From assembly GCA_963745035.1 (NCBI GenBank), contig CAVUVW010000014.1:224001-288000 (forward strand): a DNA stretch of 64,000 nt, in the 5' to 3' direction. Position 1 is the first letter of the stretch. Every line of letters starts with the position of its first letter. The notes below the pieces were generated by a model. It saw only the letters and a program-made list of their open reading frames with translations. It was not told the DNA's origin and ran no database searches. Below, one piece after another: positions 18,951 to 28,924 of this stretch. A program made the translations under genes and the position numbers. Origin of the DNA: an uncultured delta proteobacterium. GTDB taxonomy: Bacteria; Desulfobacterota; Binatia; UBA9968.

Positions 18951-19704
18951 CTAGCGCGTGCTCGCATAATATTCGACCCGGCGCTCGACAAACGCCACGG
19001 CTTCCGATACTGCAAAGGCAAAGGTGAACACCACGATCACCAGCGCCCAGAATTCCTCCATGAGGAAGTGCTGCGAGTAAAGCTCGAACAGTTCCCCCAC
19101 GCCGATGATGGCGATCAAGAGTTGACCGATCACCACGCCCTTGACTCCGCGGATGACGCTAAGGCGCACGCCGGCGAGGATCTCCGGCAGCGCGCATAAA
19201 AATAGCACCTTCGTATAAAGCTGGCGGCGGGTCGCGCCGAAGCAGCGGGCCATTTCGACGAGCGAGCGGTCCGCCTGCTTTATGCCGACGTGGGTGTCGA
19301 TGACAATCACGAAGACCGCGAATAGAAATACCGTGACGACGACGGTCGCTTCGCCGATACCGATAACTGCCATGAGGATCGGCACTAACGCGGAGATCGG
19401 CGCGCTGATGAAGATATTGACCCAAAGACCGAGGATCTTTCCCACACTTGCGACTCTGCGCCATGAGCACGCCGAGCGGAATACCGACGAGCAAGGCCAA
19501 AGACATGCCGAGCGCGAAGGAGCGCAGCGAAATTGCGACCGCAGTGCTGAATTTCGGCGTCGGGATGATCGTAATACCGGCGGCGATTACCCCGGAAAAA
19601 GGCGGCACGATCGTCGACAGTTTTGCCCGTCCGACAATCTCCCAGACGACGAACCAGACCAGCAGCGAGAAAAGGATAGGAATCCGCTTGCCAAAAATAA
19701 TCAT
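18951..19704 (-). CDS. ABC permease, nitrate/sulfonate type (frameshift near 19458)
   Basis: WEIVGR...VPPFS, LLVGIPLGVLMA then P..ALVPIL, EMARCFGATRRQ..KV...ALPEILAGVRL. Confidence 0.85.
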
Positions 19705-19733
19705 GCCAGCTCACGAATCAGGCGAAATGCAAT

Positions 19734-19778
19734 TGGAGTAATGGAGTGTTGGATCGAAACCATCACTCCAACACTCCA
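19734..19778. repeat. Octamer (TGGAGTRN / NYACTCCA) tandem-repeat hairpin
   Basis: tggagtaa tggagtgt tgga... followed by ccatcact ccaacact cca. Confidence 0.75.
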
Positions 19779-19783
19779 TCTCC

Positions 19784-20548
19784 TCACACGTACTGCTTCA
19801 GAATCTGCCATATCCGGTCCACCGTATCGAGGTAATTCTTATCGCGGCGAATCTCGTCCGGGTTCTTCCCCTGCCGGGCGATATCGGGCTCGACGATCTG
19901 CGACACTCTTCCCGGGCGTGGCGATAGAAGCACGATCCGATCCGAAAGATAGACAGCCTCTTCGATGCTGTGGGTCACGAAGATTACGGTTTTCTTTTTG
20001 TGCCTGAGCAGATCGAGGAGCTCTTCTTGAAACTTCCGCCGGGTTTGCTCATCGACCGAAGAAAAAGGTTCGTCCATTAAAATAATATCGGCGTCCACCG
20101 TGAGAGCGCGCGCCAGGCCCACCCGCTGGCGCATGCCGCCCGAGAGCTGATGGGGATAGGTCGATTCGAAGGACTTGAGTCCGACCTCATCGATATGCTT
20201 ACGCGCGACTTGTTCCCGCTCGCTTTTCGCCAGACCGCGCAACTCAAGACCGAAGGCCACGTTGCGCAACACATTGGCCCACGGCAGGAGCGCAAAGTCT
20301 TGAAAGACAAACGCTCGCTCGGGACCCGGGCCATCAACCCTTTTGCCCTTGACCCAAACTTCACCCAGGCTGGGCGGAATCAATCCGGCGATAATCTTGA
20401 GAAGGGTTGTCTTGCCGCACCCACTCGGTCCGAGAAATGTGCTCAAGTTGCCCTGCGGCAGAGCCAAGTCGATGCTCGTCAACGCCTCGACCCCGCCTTC
20501 GTAGGTCTTGCCAACGGCTTTGACTTCGATGGCGGCGTCAGCCGGCAT
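19784..20548 (-). CDS. ABC ATP-binding protein, nitrate/sulfonate type
   Basis: GPSGCGKTT, FQDFALLPW, LSGGMRQR, MDEPF, VTHSIEEA. Confidence 0.95.
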   Translation of the reverse strand: MPADAAIEVKAVGKTYEGGVEALTSIDLALPQGNLSTFLGPSGCGKTTLLKIIAGLIPPSLGEVWVKGKRVDGPGPERAFVFQDFALLPWANVLRNVAFGLELRGLAKSEREQVARKHIDEVGLKSFESTYPHQLSGGMRQRVGLARALTVDADIILMDEPFSSVDEQTRRKFQEELLDLLRHKKKTVIFVTHSIEEAVYLSDRIVLLSPRPGRVSQIVEPDIARQGKNPDEIRRDKNYLDTVDRIWQILKQYV

Positions 20549-21314
20549 GCTCGACTCCCCGGATCTCAGGCGGAAAGAGCTTGCGTTCGAGTTTCTCGAG
20601 GAGGTGGATGGTCAAGGCGGCAAAGATAATGATCGAAGCGATGACGGCAAACATATTCGGGTAATCCGCCACCGAACTGTTATACGTGATGAGATCGCCG
20701 ATGCCGGTCGGTGTAATCAGCAACTCCGCGATCACAATGCCGATGAATCCCATCGCCAGTCCGAGCCGCAGCCCGGCGAAGATCAATGCGCCGGCATGCG
20801 GCAGAATGATCTTGACGATTTCCTGCCGCCTCGTGCCGAGAAAGGCGCGGCACATCTGAATGAGCGAAGGGTTGGCGTTGCGGATTCCTTTGTAAGAATT
20901 CATCACGATGACCGGTGAAGCCAATATTACGACGGCGAGCACTTTGGAAGTTAGGCCGATCCCGTATGTATAAGTAAGGAGCGGGATGATCGCCGCCATG
21001 GGCGCGGCCTGAAGCACGATCATGATCGGCAGGGTGAGCCACTCGACCGAGCGCGACAGTCCCATCGCGATGCCAAAGCCGATGCCGGCGACGCTCGACA
21101 ACGCGATGCCGAGCACCAACGGTTGCAGCGTTATCAAATAAGCCTTAACGAGGCTGCCGTCGCCAATCATGAAAAGGAGCGCCAGCAAGGTCTGGCTGAA
21201 CGGTGGAAAGGCGAGACTGATCGGCCAGCGGCCGGCAATCTCCCAAACACCGAACACGATAGCGAAGGAGATCAGTTGCCAGGCGAAAGCGGAGAGGGAG
21301 CGATGTTGTGGCAC
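20538..21314 (-). CDS. ABC permease, nitrate/sulfonate type
   Basis: PMAAIIPL, IILPHAGALIFAGLRL, ELL...GIG motifs. Confidence 0.92.
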   Translation of the reverse strand: MPQHRSLSAFAWQLISFAIVFGVWEIAGRWPISLAFPPFSQTLLALLFMIGDGSLVKAYLITLQPLVLGIALSSVAGIGFGIAMGLSRSVEWLTLPIMIVLQAAPMAAIIPLLTYTYGIGLTSKVLAVVILASPVIVMNSYKGIRNANPSLIQMCRAFLGTRRQEIVKIILPHAGALIFAGLRLGLAMGFIGIVIAELLITPTGIGDLITYNSSVADYPNMFAVIASIIIFAALTIHLLEKLERKLFPPEIRGVEHAG

Positions 21315-21364
21315 GGAAACAATTTCTGAAAGCCAGTCAAAAATTTTTCAACTTCAGGATCGGG

Positions 21365-21420
21365 GGAGTAATGGAGTTAACAAATTACAAACCCAACACT
21401 CCATTACTCCATAACTCCAA
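21365..21420. repeat. Octamer tandem-repeat hairpin
   Basis: ggagtaa tggagtta ... ccaacact ccattact ccataact ccaa between SBP and permease. Confidence 0.75.
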
Positions 21421-21426
21421 CGCGCC

Positions 21427-22413
21427 TCACTTGACATTGGCGAGCGCCGCTTTAAGCGCGGAGAAGTGCCAGAAGTCATCCTCTTTCAGATTCTCCCCTT
21501 TGAGGGCTCCGGACAGGCTGTAGAACTCGAGATCGTTCTTCGCGGCATTGGCAAGTCCGCCGTCATTGGGGAATACGCCGTTTTGCACCGCCTCCTGGAA
21601 ATAAGGAAGAATCTCCTCTTCCATCTTTGCCGGGAGGTCTTTCAACAAACCCAGCTTCTTGCGCTCGTCGAGAACCCACTTGGGGTTGGCATTGATGGCG
21701 CGATTCACCTTGACCAGCTCTTCGATGAAGATTCTCAAGGCCGCCTGGTTCTTATCGATAAAGTCGCGCATGGCGAACAGCGCTTCATCGCTCGCCTTCA
21801 CGTCGCCCAGCGGCAGAATGATGAATTTGTCGGCTGCCTCTTTCATCACCATGTTTTTGTTGGACGCGTCGAGAATCGTCGCCTTGATATTGCCCTTCAA
21901 GAGCGCCAGGGCGCGCACCTGCGAGCCGGGAACGTAGCTCACGTTCTTATACTTGATGCCGTGCTGCTTGGCGGCGAGAATCATAATCGCTTCGGTGCCC
22001 GAGCCGCGGCCCTGAACCGCGATCTCCTGGCCGTCGAGGTCTTTCCAACTCTTGTAGCTCTCCTTGTTGACCACCGGGAAAAACTGCAGCGCGCTCAACT
22101 GGTAAAACATGCGGATCGGCGCGCCCAGTTTTTGCAGCGCCGCGTAGGGCGTGCCCTGCCCGACGTCGGCTTGGCCGTTGATCACGGCTTGAGTGGCGAG
22201 CTCTTCGCTTTTGAAAGCGGTGATTTCGACGTCGACCCCGCGCGGCTTGGCGTGCTCGGCGGCGATCAAAAGCGGCAGCTCGTCGATCGAAATAACATCG
22301 CCCAAAGCATAGCGGATCTTGGTCCTGCCTTGGGCATCCGCCTGGCCAGCCAATCCGGCGATCAACGCCGCCACCATCAGAAGATTGACAATCGACTTCT
22401 CCATTCGAATCAT
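21427..22413 (-). CDS. ABC substrate-binding protein, NMT1/SsuA type
   Basis: AGGAGG RBS before ATG 22413; signal peptide; first gene of SBP-permease-ATPase-permease operon. Confidence 0.88.
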   Translation of the reverse strand: MIRMEKSIVNLLMVAALIAGLAGQADAQGRTKIRYALGDVISIDELPLLIAAEHAKPRGVDVEITAFKSEELATQAVINGQADVGQGTPYAALQKLGAPIRMFYQLSALQFFPVVNKESYKSWKDLDGQEIAVQGRGSGTEAIMILAAKQHGIKYKNVSYVPGSQVRALALLKGNIKATILDASNKNMVMKEAADKFIILPLGDVKASDEALFAMRDFIDKNQAALRIFIEELVKVNRAINANPKWVLDERKKLGLLKDLPAKMEEEILPYFQEAVQNGVFPNDGGLANAAKNDLEFYSLSGALKGENLKEDDFWHFSALKAALANVK

Positions 22414-22609
22414 CGCAGCCACCTCCTGTTCATGATCTGGAATCGCGGGAGTACCGCACAACCGGCCCCGCTGTCAAGCCGTTTTTTGCTCTCAAACTCG
22501 CGATTATACTTCAGCTTGACAAGCTGATTGACGCTTGATTAGCGTCCCATTTACCTGAGCTGCGTCGCCCGTACTATCACGCGCCCTAAGTCATAGAGGA
22601 GGAATAGAT

Positions 22610-23629
22610 ATGCCGGTTCTCCTACTTGGACTGTTTTTGCTGCTCGGTACTCTCAAATGCGCCGTTGCGGCGCCCATCGACGATTTGGTCGCAGCGGCGA
22701 GGAAAGAAGGAGTGATCGAGATGCTCGCTCCTTCCACGACAGGCGACAAGGGCGCGCAAGCGCTGGGCAACGCCTTCAACAAGAAGTACGGCCTCAACAT
22801 AAAAGTAAACTACACTCCGTCTTCCAACATGACCGGCGACGTCGCCAAGTTGGTCATGGGCGCGGCCTCGCGCGCCACGCCGGAATGGGATGTCATGCTT
22901 GTCACCGACGCGCACCACGCTACTTTGTGGGGAAAACAACTTCATCAGACATTCGATTATGCGAAACTTGGCGTGGCCCGGGAATTGATTCAGTACGACA
23001 ACGGCGTCATCAGCTTGGCCAACCAGTTCGTGCTGCCTGCTTACAACAAGACCGTCCTACGCGCGCAAGACGTGCCGAAGCGGTGGGAAGATCTTCTCGA
23101 TGCGAAATGGAAAGGTGGAAAGCTCGGCGTATCGACCGCGACCCACCACTTGTCGCGCTTGGCGGTAGGGCCCTGGGGCGAGGCCAAAACCTCGGAGTTT
23201 GTCGGCGCGATCGCCAAACAGGAACCGATTCTCGGAACGCTGGCGAATCTTTATAACCGGCTTCTCCTCGGTGAAATCTTGCTGATCTCGACCCTCACGG
23301 ACAGTTTCATCTCTCAAGCGAAGCGCGACAGTGCCCCGATCGTCTTCGCGGAAGGCTTGGATCCGGTGATCTCCCCCACTTACAACGCCGGTGTGCCCAA
23401 AGGCGCGCGCCATCCCAACGTCGGACATCTCTTTGCGGTTTTTCTGACAGACTTGGAAGCGCAAGAAGTCTGGGAAAAGTTCAACGGTCAGACCTCGGCC
23501 CTCATTCCCGGCACGACTGCTTACAAGTACGCTCAAGGAAAACGTCTTCTGCAGATGACGCAGAATCAAGCGCAAACCGTCGACCGGCTGGCGCGGCAGT
23601 ACGGCAAGGTGCTGGGGTTCGAGAGATAG
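22610..23629 (+). CDS. ABC extracellular solute-binding protein (Fe3+/polyamine-type fold)
   Basis: AARKEG, PAYNK, PKRWEDLLDAKWKG, GARHPN motifs. Confidence 0.85.
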   Translation: MPVLLLGLFLLLGTLKCAVAAPIDDLVAAARKEGVIEMLAPSTTGDKGAQALGNAFNKKYGLNIKVNYTPSSNMTGDVAKLVMGAASRATPEWDVMLVTDAHHATLWGKQLHQTFDYAKLGVARELIQYDNGVISLANQFVLPAYNKTVLRAQDVPKRWEDLLDAKWKGGKLGVSTATHHLSRLAVGPWGEAKTSEFVGAIAKQEPILGTLANLYNRLLLGEILLISTLTDSFISQAKRDSAPIVFAEGLDPVISPTYNAGVPKGARHPNVGHLFAVFLTDLEAQEVWEKFNGQTSALIPGTTAYKYAQGKRLLQMTQNQAQTVDRLARQYGKVLGFER

Positions 23630-23658
23630 GGAGAATGGAGTGGAGAATGGAGTGATGG
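23630..23658. repeat. GGAG-containing short tandem repeat (same family as 19734)
   Basis: ggagaatggagt ggagaatggagt gatgg right after stop codon. Confidence 0.55.
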
Positions 23659-23785
23659 TCCCTCGTTCGGCCGCAGAATAATGCAATTTTGCGCCAAATG
23701 CGAATTTCCAAACTCAAAAATCGAAGATCCGGTAAAGAAATGGCGAAAAGAAAGAGTTTCGGTCGCGGATTTCGGATTTGAGCGA

Positions 23786-24898
23786 TTATTCACTCGCGCC
23801 GGAGCGCAATCTTACCGATTCGTTGGACCCCTCGCTGTTGATCACGTCGATCATTTGGCGCAGGCGGGCGTAGTCTTCATGGTTAAAGCGCATGACGAGT
23901 CGGTGCAAGTGGAGCGTGTTGGCGTCGTTGGCTTCGGCCGAGAGCGGCTCACTTTGCCGGACTTCGCCGATCACGATATCGCGAAAGTCGCGGTTGAGCC
24001 GGTCGATCAACTCGGGGGAAGGCGGATCGTTGAGACGAATGACCAGCTCGTGCTCGACGAAACGGTAGGAATGAAAATTACGATAAAAGCTCACGATTTC
24101 CTCGAGCGCGGCCGGGGCGCTGGTGTGGATTCTGAAAAAAGTCATCTCCCGCTCGTTGATGTAGCCACGGCTCATCACGTCGGCGCGAAGAAACTCCTGC
24201 CAGCGCGACCAGTACGCGCCGCCCGGCACGTCCATCAAAATGATCGGCACGAGCTGAGTCTTGCCGGTCTGCGCCAGAGTGATGGATTCCATCAGCTCGT
24301 CGTGGGTCCCAAAGCCGCCGGGAAAAATAACCACCGCGTCGGCTTCTTTGACGAACATGAGCTTGCGCGTGAAGAAGAAATGAAAGTTCATCAGCTTGGG
24401 GTCGTTGCGGATGAACGGGTTGGCGTCCTGCACCGACGGCAAACGGATGTTGACGCCGAAGCTCTTTTCTCTTCCGGCGCCCTCGTGGCCGGCCTGCATG
24501 ATGCCCGGTCCGGCGCCGGTGATCACCATAAAGCCGGCGTCCGCTAATTGCTGTCCGACGCTGCGCGCCAGATGGTAATGAGCATCTTCTTCGGGAACGC
24601 GCGTCGAGCCGAAGATGCTCACCTTGCGAATGTGCCGGTAGGGCGCGAAGATGCGAAACGCGTGGCGCAGCTCCTGGAGAGTGCGGTTCAAGATTTTCAG
24701 ATCGCCGCGCTCGGCATTGTCCTGAGCGAGCTTGAGCAGCGTGCGCAGGATCCCGGCGAACTGATCGGCGTTGACGAAATCATTTTGCGACTCCAGCCAT
24801 GCTTCGATCTGCGCTCCGAGATCGGCTAAACTTTTGTTTTGCTGTTCCATCGACTTATTTACTTTCACGGCGAACGTTTTCGTCTGGGTTTTGATCAT
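23786..24898 (-). CDS. LOG family (TIGR00730-like) nucleotide phosphoribohydrolase, long form
   Basis: VSIFGSTR, ITGAGPGIM, FFFTRKLMF, PGGFGTHDE. Confidence 0.92.
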   Translation of the reverse strand: MIKTQTKTFAVKVNKSMEQQNKSLADLGAQIEAWLESQNDFVNADQFAGILRTLLKLAQDNAERGDLKILNRTLQELRHAFRIFAPYRHIRKVSIFGSTRVPEEDAHYHLARSVGQQLADAGFMVITGAGPGIMQAGHEGAGREKSFGVNIRLPSVQDANPFIRNDPKLMNFHFFFTRKLMFVKEADAVVIFPGGFGTHDELMESITLAQTGKTQLVPIILMDVPGGAYWSRWQEFLRADVMSRGYINEREMTFFRIHTSAPAALEEIVSFYRNFHSYRFVEHELVIRLNDPPSPELIDRLNRDFRDIVIGEVRQSEPLSAEANDANTLHLHRLVMRFNHEDYARLRQMIDVINSEGSNESVRLRSGASE

Positions 24899-25062
24899 AC
24901 GAACGGCTCTTAAACAGCCACGGGATCATAGCTTCTCTATCAGTATAGACGATGAGCCGCTCTCAGCCTAGGCGATGCCGTTACACTGCGGATTTCCACA
25001 TTGATTTAGCTTGACAACGCGTGCCACAATCAAGTCTTAGATTTGCGGGCGGGATTTCGCCG

Positions 25063-25965
25063 ATGTTTGGAAGCGACGGTTCGGACTCACCGGCGGCGGT
25101 GAAAGTCACGGTCGTCTACGAGGCTTGGCGCGCTCATCCACTCGCCTGGATTCATCGGGCCGAAGCGCGCTCGATCATCGAAGAATTGCGGCGCGCCGGA
25201 TACGTGGTTCAAACCGAGCGACTGGGCCATGACGCCGCGGCGAACTCTCTTGCCGAGCGGCCTTTGTTGCGGCTTTCCGATCCCGTGATGCGCGCCGCCG
25301 TGCAGGCGCTGACGCGCTCTCGGAAGGCCTATTTCGGGCCGAGCGCCGCGGTCATGGAGCGCTGCTACGACAAGTACGAAGCGCATCGGCTCGCGGCGGC
25401 TCACGAGGTTGACTGTCCCAGCACGATCCTTGCGGATCAACCCGGAGAGATTCCATTCCCGCTCGTGTTAAAGCCGCGGCGCGGATCGGATTCGATCGGC
25501 CTGCGGATTGTCCGCGCCGGTTCGATTCCCGCGCGCTTTCAGACCGACGAATACATCGTCCAACGGCAGATTCGCGGGCACGAGCTGACCGTCGCGGTTT
25601 TCGGCGATCGCGCCGGCCTGCCGCTGCGTATTCTTCTGCCGGACGGAACGCCGTATTCTTTTTTGCGCAAATATCTGCGGCGTCCGCCGCGGATGCCGGT
25701 CGCAGACGCGGACCTCGTTGGACGAGTACGCCGCGCGGCCGCGAAAATCGCCCGGATCTTCGGAGTCGACTGGGCGGCGCGCATCGATCTGATTCATGAA
25801 AGGTCCACCGATCGGTTGTGGTTTCTCGAATGCGACGCGGCGCCGCTCGTCGGCGCGCGCTCGGCGTTCGCCGCCAGTTTCGAAGCGGCGGGCGTAGCTC
25901 GCGGCCAACAACTGCGCATGCTCTTGGGTGAAGCCGTGAAAGACTCGCCGGGTGGAGCTCATTGA
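25063..25965 (+). CDS. ATP-grasp protein, divergent D-Ala-D-Ala ligase-like
   Basis: CYDK, FPLVLKPRRGSDSIGL, IVQRQIRGHELTVAV, YSFLRKY, ARIDL, FLECDAAP; start uncertain (25063 or 25099). Confidence 0.75.
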   Translation: MFGSDGSDSPAAVKVTVVYEAWRAHPLAWIHRAEARSIIEELRRAGYVVQTERLGHDAAANSLAERPLLRLSDPVMRAAVQALTRSRKAYFGPSAAVMERCYDKYEAHRLAAAHEVDCPSTILADQPGEIPFPLVLKPRRGSDSIGLRIVRAGSIPARFQTDEYIVQRQIRGHELTVAVFGDRAGLPLRILLPDGTPYSFLRKYLRRPPRMPVADADLVGRVRRAAAKIARIFGVDWAARIDLIHERSTDRLWFLECDAAPLVGARSAFAASFEAAGVARGQQLRMLLGEAVKDSPGGAH

Positions 25966-26101
25966 AAATAATTCCAACGACTTATCGCGGCAGGCGATGA
26001 CCCGATCGCGCGGAAGTTGATAGCGCCGGGAAAAAGACATGCGACGTTGCTTGCGATCGCAAAGATTTTACGCATACTGGAAGCCTGAAAGCGTCTTGAG
26101 A

Positions 26102-26533
26102 ATGGCCGGCGTCATCAGAAAAACTACACCGTGGAAAAGCCGGGCTCCCGTCGAGCAGGTTGCGCTGGATGAGTGCGGCTACCCGACCGGCATGGTCTGG
26201 TGTCCGATGAAGATGAGCGGCATGGCGCTGATGAAATGCGCCGAGATGCAGAAAGAGTTGGGCTGCGGCAGTCTCAAGCAGTTCAAAATTTTAACCACCG
26301 CCAGGCCCGGCAGCGTGCCGTTTTACTGGCCCTGGCTGCGGCGCGGGCGCGAGTGTCCGGAGCGGGCCGGTGAAAAAGAAGTGCGCGAGTTGCGGCTGGC
26401 GTTGAGCCCGCTCAAGTTGGTGGAAAAGAGCCGGAAGAATCCCCGCGCCTATCGCTGCCCGCACTGCGGCGGCCGCAAAGCGTTCGGCGCCCGCCAGTGC
26501 CGGCGCTGCTGGCGCCGCGCCGTGGAACGCTGA
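26102..26533 (+). CDS. Hypothetical Cys-rich basic protein with C-terminal zinc ribbon
   Basis: Nine Cys including CPHC-x10-CRRC; GC3-biased codons. Confidence 0.65.
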   Translation: MAGVIRKTTPWKSRAPVEQVALDECGYPTGMVWCPMKMSGMALMKCAEMQKELGCGSLKQFKILTTARPGSVPFYWPWLRRGRECPERAGEKEVRELRLALSPLKLVEKSRKNPRAYRCPHCGGRKAFGARQCRRCWRRAVER

Positions 26534-26646
26534 CCGCGCCTCTCGATGCTCTGACAAGCTCAGCATGCACGGTGGTTTTCATCAATCGAGCCAAGTTCCA
26601 TTCCGCTCGGCTGGGCTTGGCGAATAGCCCGCAGAGCTTTTCCACA

Positions 26647-27738
26647 CTAATCTAATCGGTAGAATCGCGCGGCGTTGCCGCGCAGGATCGCCTGTTTGGC
26701 GGCTGCGCTGATTTCTTCGCGCTCGCGCAGCTCGCGGATTTCCTTCTTGACCGTTTGGGTGTTCACCTCGTGCGGAAAGTCCGAGGAAAACATGAACGCT
26801 TGCTCGCCCGCTATTTTGATGGCGTAAGCCAAATCGGATTCGCCTCCTTCGATGCCCACGACCAGGCGGCCGGCTTTGATGAGCGCGCGCAGGTAATCGG
26901 CGACGGTTTGGCCTTCGGGCAGGTGCAGCAATTCGCCGCGTGGGTTGATGGGCGTGCCCGCCTCATAGGATCGAGACAGGCGCTCGAGCGCCATGAGAAA
27001 CCAGAGCGGACCGCCTTCGAGATACGCGACGCGCAGTCCGGCAAAGCGGTCGAAGAGATTGTTCAAGACCATTTCCGCCAACGCAATCGCGAGCGACATC
27101 GGGTGGCCGATCGCGTTGGCGCCGGTGGAAACGTTCATCGTATCCATGCCCAAATCCCAATGCCCGCCGCCGTGAACGACAATCGGACAGCCCAAGCGCG
27201 CCGCCTCCTCGTACACCGGCCAGTAAGGCTTTGCGCCCAGATTTAACTGCACGCCGGTGGCCGGAAAGAGCACGGCGGAAAAGCCCAGCTCGGTATAGGC
27301 GCGGTTTAGCTCGGCCAACGCCGCTTCGGCGTCATGCATCGGCAAAAGCGCGACGCCTTTAAAGCGCCGGTCGCGCGCCAGATACGTCTCGGCGAGCCAG
27401 TCGTTGTACGCCCGCGCCGCGCCGAGCGCGTAGTCGCGATCGACGATGCGGCCGATGCGCTGACCGGCGGTGGGGAAAAGAACGGCGTAGTCGAACCCGA
27501 TCTGATCCATGAATTCCGTCCAGCCGGCGGGTCCGGGATTTTGAAACCGGCCGTCGGGCGTGGTGGCGAAGGCGCCGGGCGGCGTTCGCGTGAGCGAATA
27601 TTGTATGTGGCTGTTCAGCGGAAATACGCCGTTCCGCAATCGCGCGCCGAGCGCGCTGTAAGGAAAATGACGGGCGATGGCTTCGCCGTCCTCGAAAATA
27701 TGGCCATCGCCGTCGATCATTCTTGCTTGCTGCTGCAT
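26647..27738 (-). CDS. Amidohydrolase family (Amidohydro_2) protein
   Basis: IDGDGH, AYNDWL, VVH, LEGG, FSSDFPHE. Confidence 0.9.
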   Translation of the reverse strand: MQQQARMIDGDGHIFEDGEAIARHFPYSALGARLRNGVFPLNSHIQYSLTRTPPGAFATTPDGRFQNPGPAGWTEFMDQIGFDYAVLFPTAGQRIGRIVDRDYALGAARAYNDWLAETYLARDRRFKGVALLPMHDAEAALAELNRAYTELGFSAVLFPATGVQLNLGAKPYWPVYEEAARLGCPIVVHGGGHWDLGMDTMNVSTGANAIGHPMSLAIALAEMVLNNLFDRFAGLRVAYLEGGPLWFLMALERLSRSYEAGTPINPRGELLHLPEGQTVADYLRALIKAGRLVVGIEGGESDLAYAIKIAGEQAFMFSSDFPHEVNTQTVKKEIRELREREEISAAAKQAILRGNAARFYRLD

Positions 27739-27880
27739 CGGGGTCCTCCTCCGACTCGGCCCGGCGGTGTTGACGAAGCTCCAGCGAGTGCGCCGGGTTG
27801 AGAATCCCGCAAATTACCATCCGCCGAAGAAAGTTGTCAAATTACTCGGCGCGGTAGGCTGAATTAACGAACCAGCACGT

Positions 27881-28924
27881 TTACAAAATTCGGTTAAACC
27901 ACAGGAGCGAGAGCAAGCCGGACACCAGCGCGGCGACGGCGGCGGCTGCGGCGAAGAGCGAGCTGATCTCCATGTCCTTTTTCTCCAGCAAAAAGCGCGC
28001 ATTCAACGACTCGTAGACTTTCCTCAGATCGCCTGCCGTGCCGGCATAAAAATATTCGCCGCGGGTCATGCTGGCGATCGTCTTGAGGGTTTCCTCGTCG
28101 AGGCGGACGCGCATGGACCAGCCTTCGAAGCCGATGGTCTCGCCGCTTTTTGTGCCGAAGCCGACGGTGAAGATGCGCACGCCGCGGTCAGCGGCCATGC
28201 GCGCCGCTTCGATGGAATCCGGACCCGTGGTTCTCTGCCCGTCGGTGAGCAGGATGATCGCGGCGGAGGCGTAAGAGCCGGGCGGAACCGGCTTGAAATC
28301 CTTTTTCTCCGCTTTTCCGGCCTGGTCGAGGGGCACACCGCGGGCGCCGCCGCGGCCGTAAATCAACGAGCTCACATCGATGCCGGCATCGGGAAAGATC
28401 GTCGCCAGCGAGACGATGATGCCGCTGCCGATCGCGGTGGCGCGCTGCAACTGGAAGCGGTCGATCGCGGCGATGATGTCCTCGCGATTCTGCGTGGGTG
28501 CCTGAACGACCGAAGCGGTTCCGGCAAAGGACACCACCCCGATGCGCACGTTGGAGGGCTGGTCCTTGACGAACGCTTTCGCCGCGTTCTGCGACGCGGT
28601 GATGCGATTGGGCTGCACGTCGGTGGCGCGCATGCTGCCGGAGACGTCCATGGCAAGAATGATGGTGCGATGCTGCGACGGCAAGGTCACCACCGCGGCG
28701 GGACGGGCGATGGCGAGAATCATCGCGGTGAGCGCCAGCAGAAACAGCAGCGGCGGGATGTGCCGACGATATTTCTGCCCGGTTCCCATCGCCTCTTTGA
28801 CCATGCTCAGGCTCGCATAGCGGAGCGCCGCGCGCTGCTTGCGGCGCAGCAGATAGAAATAGCCGGCCACGCACGCGGGCACGAGCACAAGCAGCCAAAG
28901 CATCTCAGGCCATAGAAACTTCAT
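27881..28924 (-). CDS. VWA domain membrane protein (BatA-like)
   Basis: MKFLWP N-terminus, LAIARP, MIDAS DVSGSM, LLTDG, C-terminal TM helix. Confidence 0.92.
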   Translation of the reverse strand: MKFLWPEMLWLLVLVPACVAGYFYLLRRKQRAALRYASLSMVKEAMGTGQKYRRHIPPLLFLLALTAMILAIARPAAVVTLPSQHRTIILAMDVSGSMRATDVQPNRITASQNAAKAFVKDQPSNVRIGVVSFAGTASVVQAPTQNREDIIAAIDRFQLQRATAIGSGIIVSLATIFPDAGIDVSSLIYGRGGARGVPLDQAGKAEKKDFKPVPPGSYASAAIILLTDGQRTTGPDSIEAARMAADRGVRIFTVGFGTKSGETIGFEGWSMRVRLDEETLKTIASMTRGEYFYAGTAGDLRKVYESLNARFLLEKKDMEISSLFAAAAAVAALVSGLLSLLWFNRIL

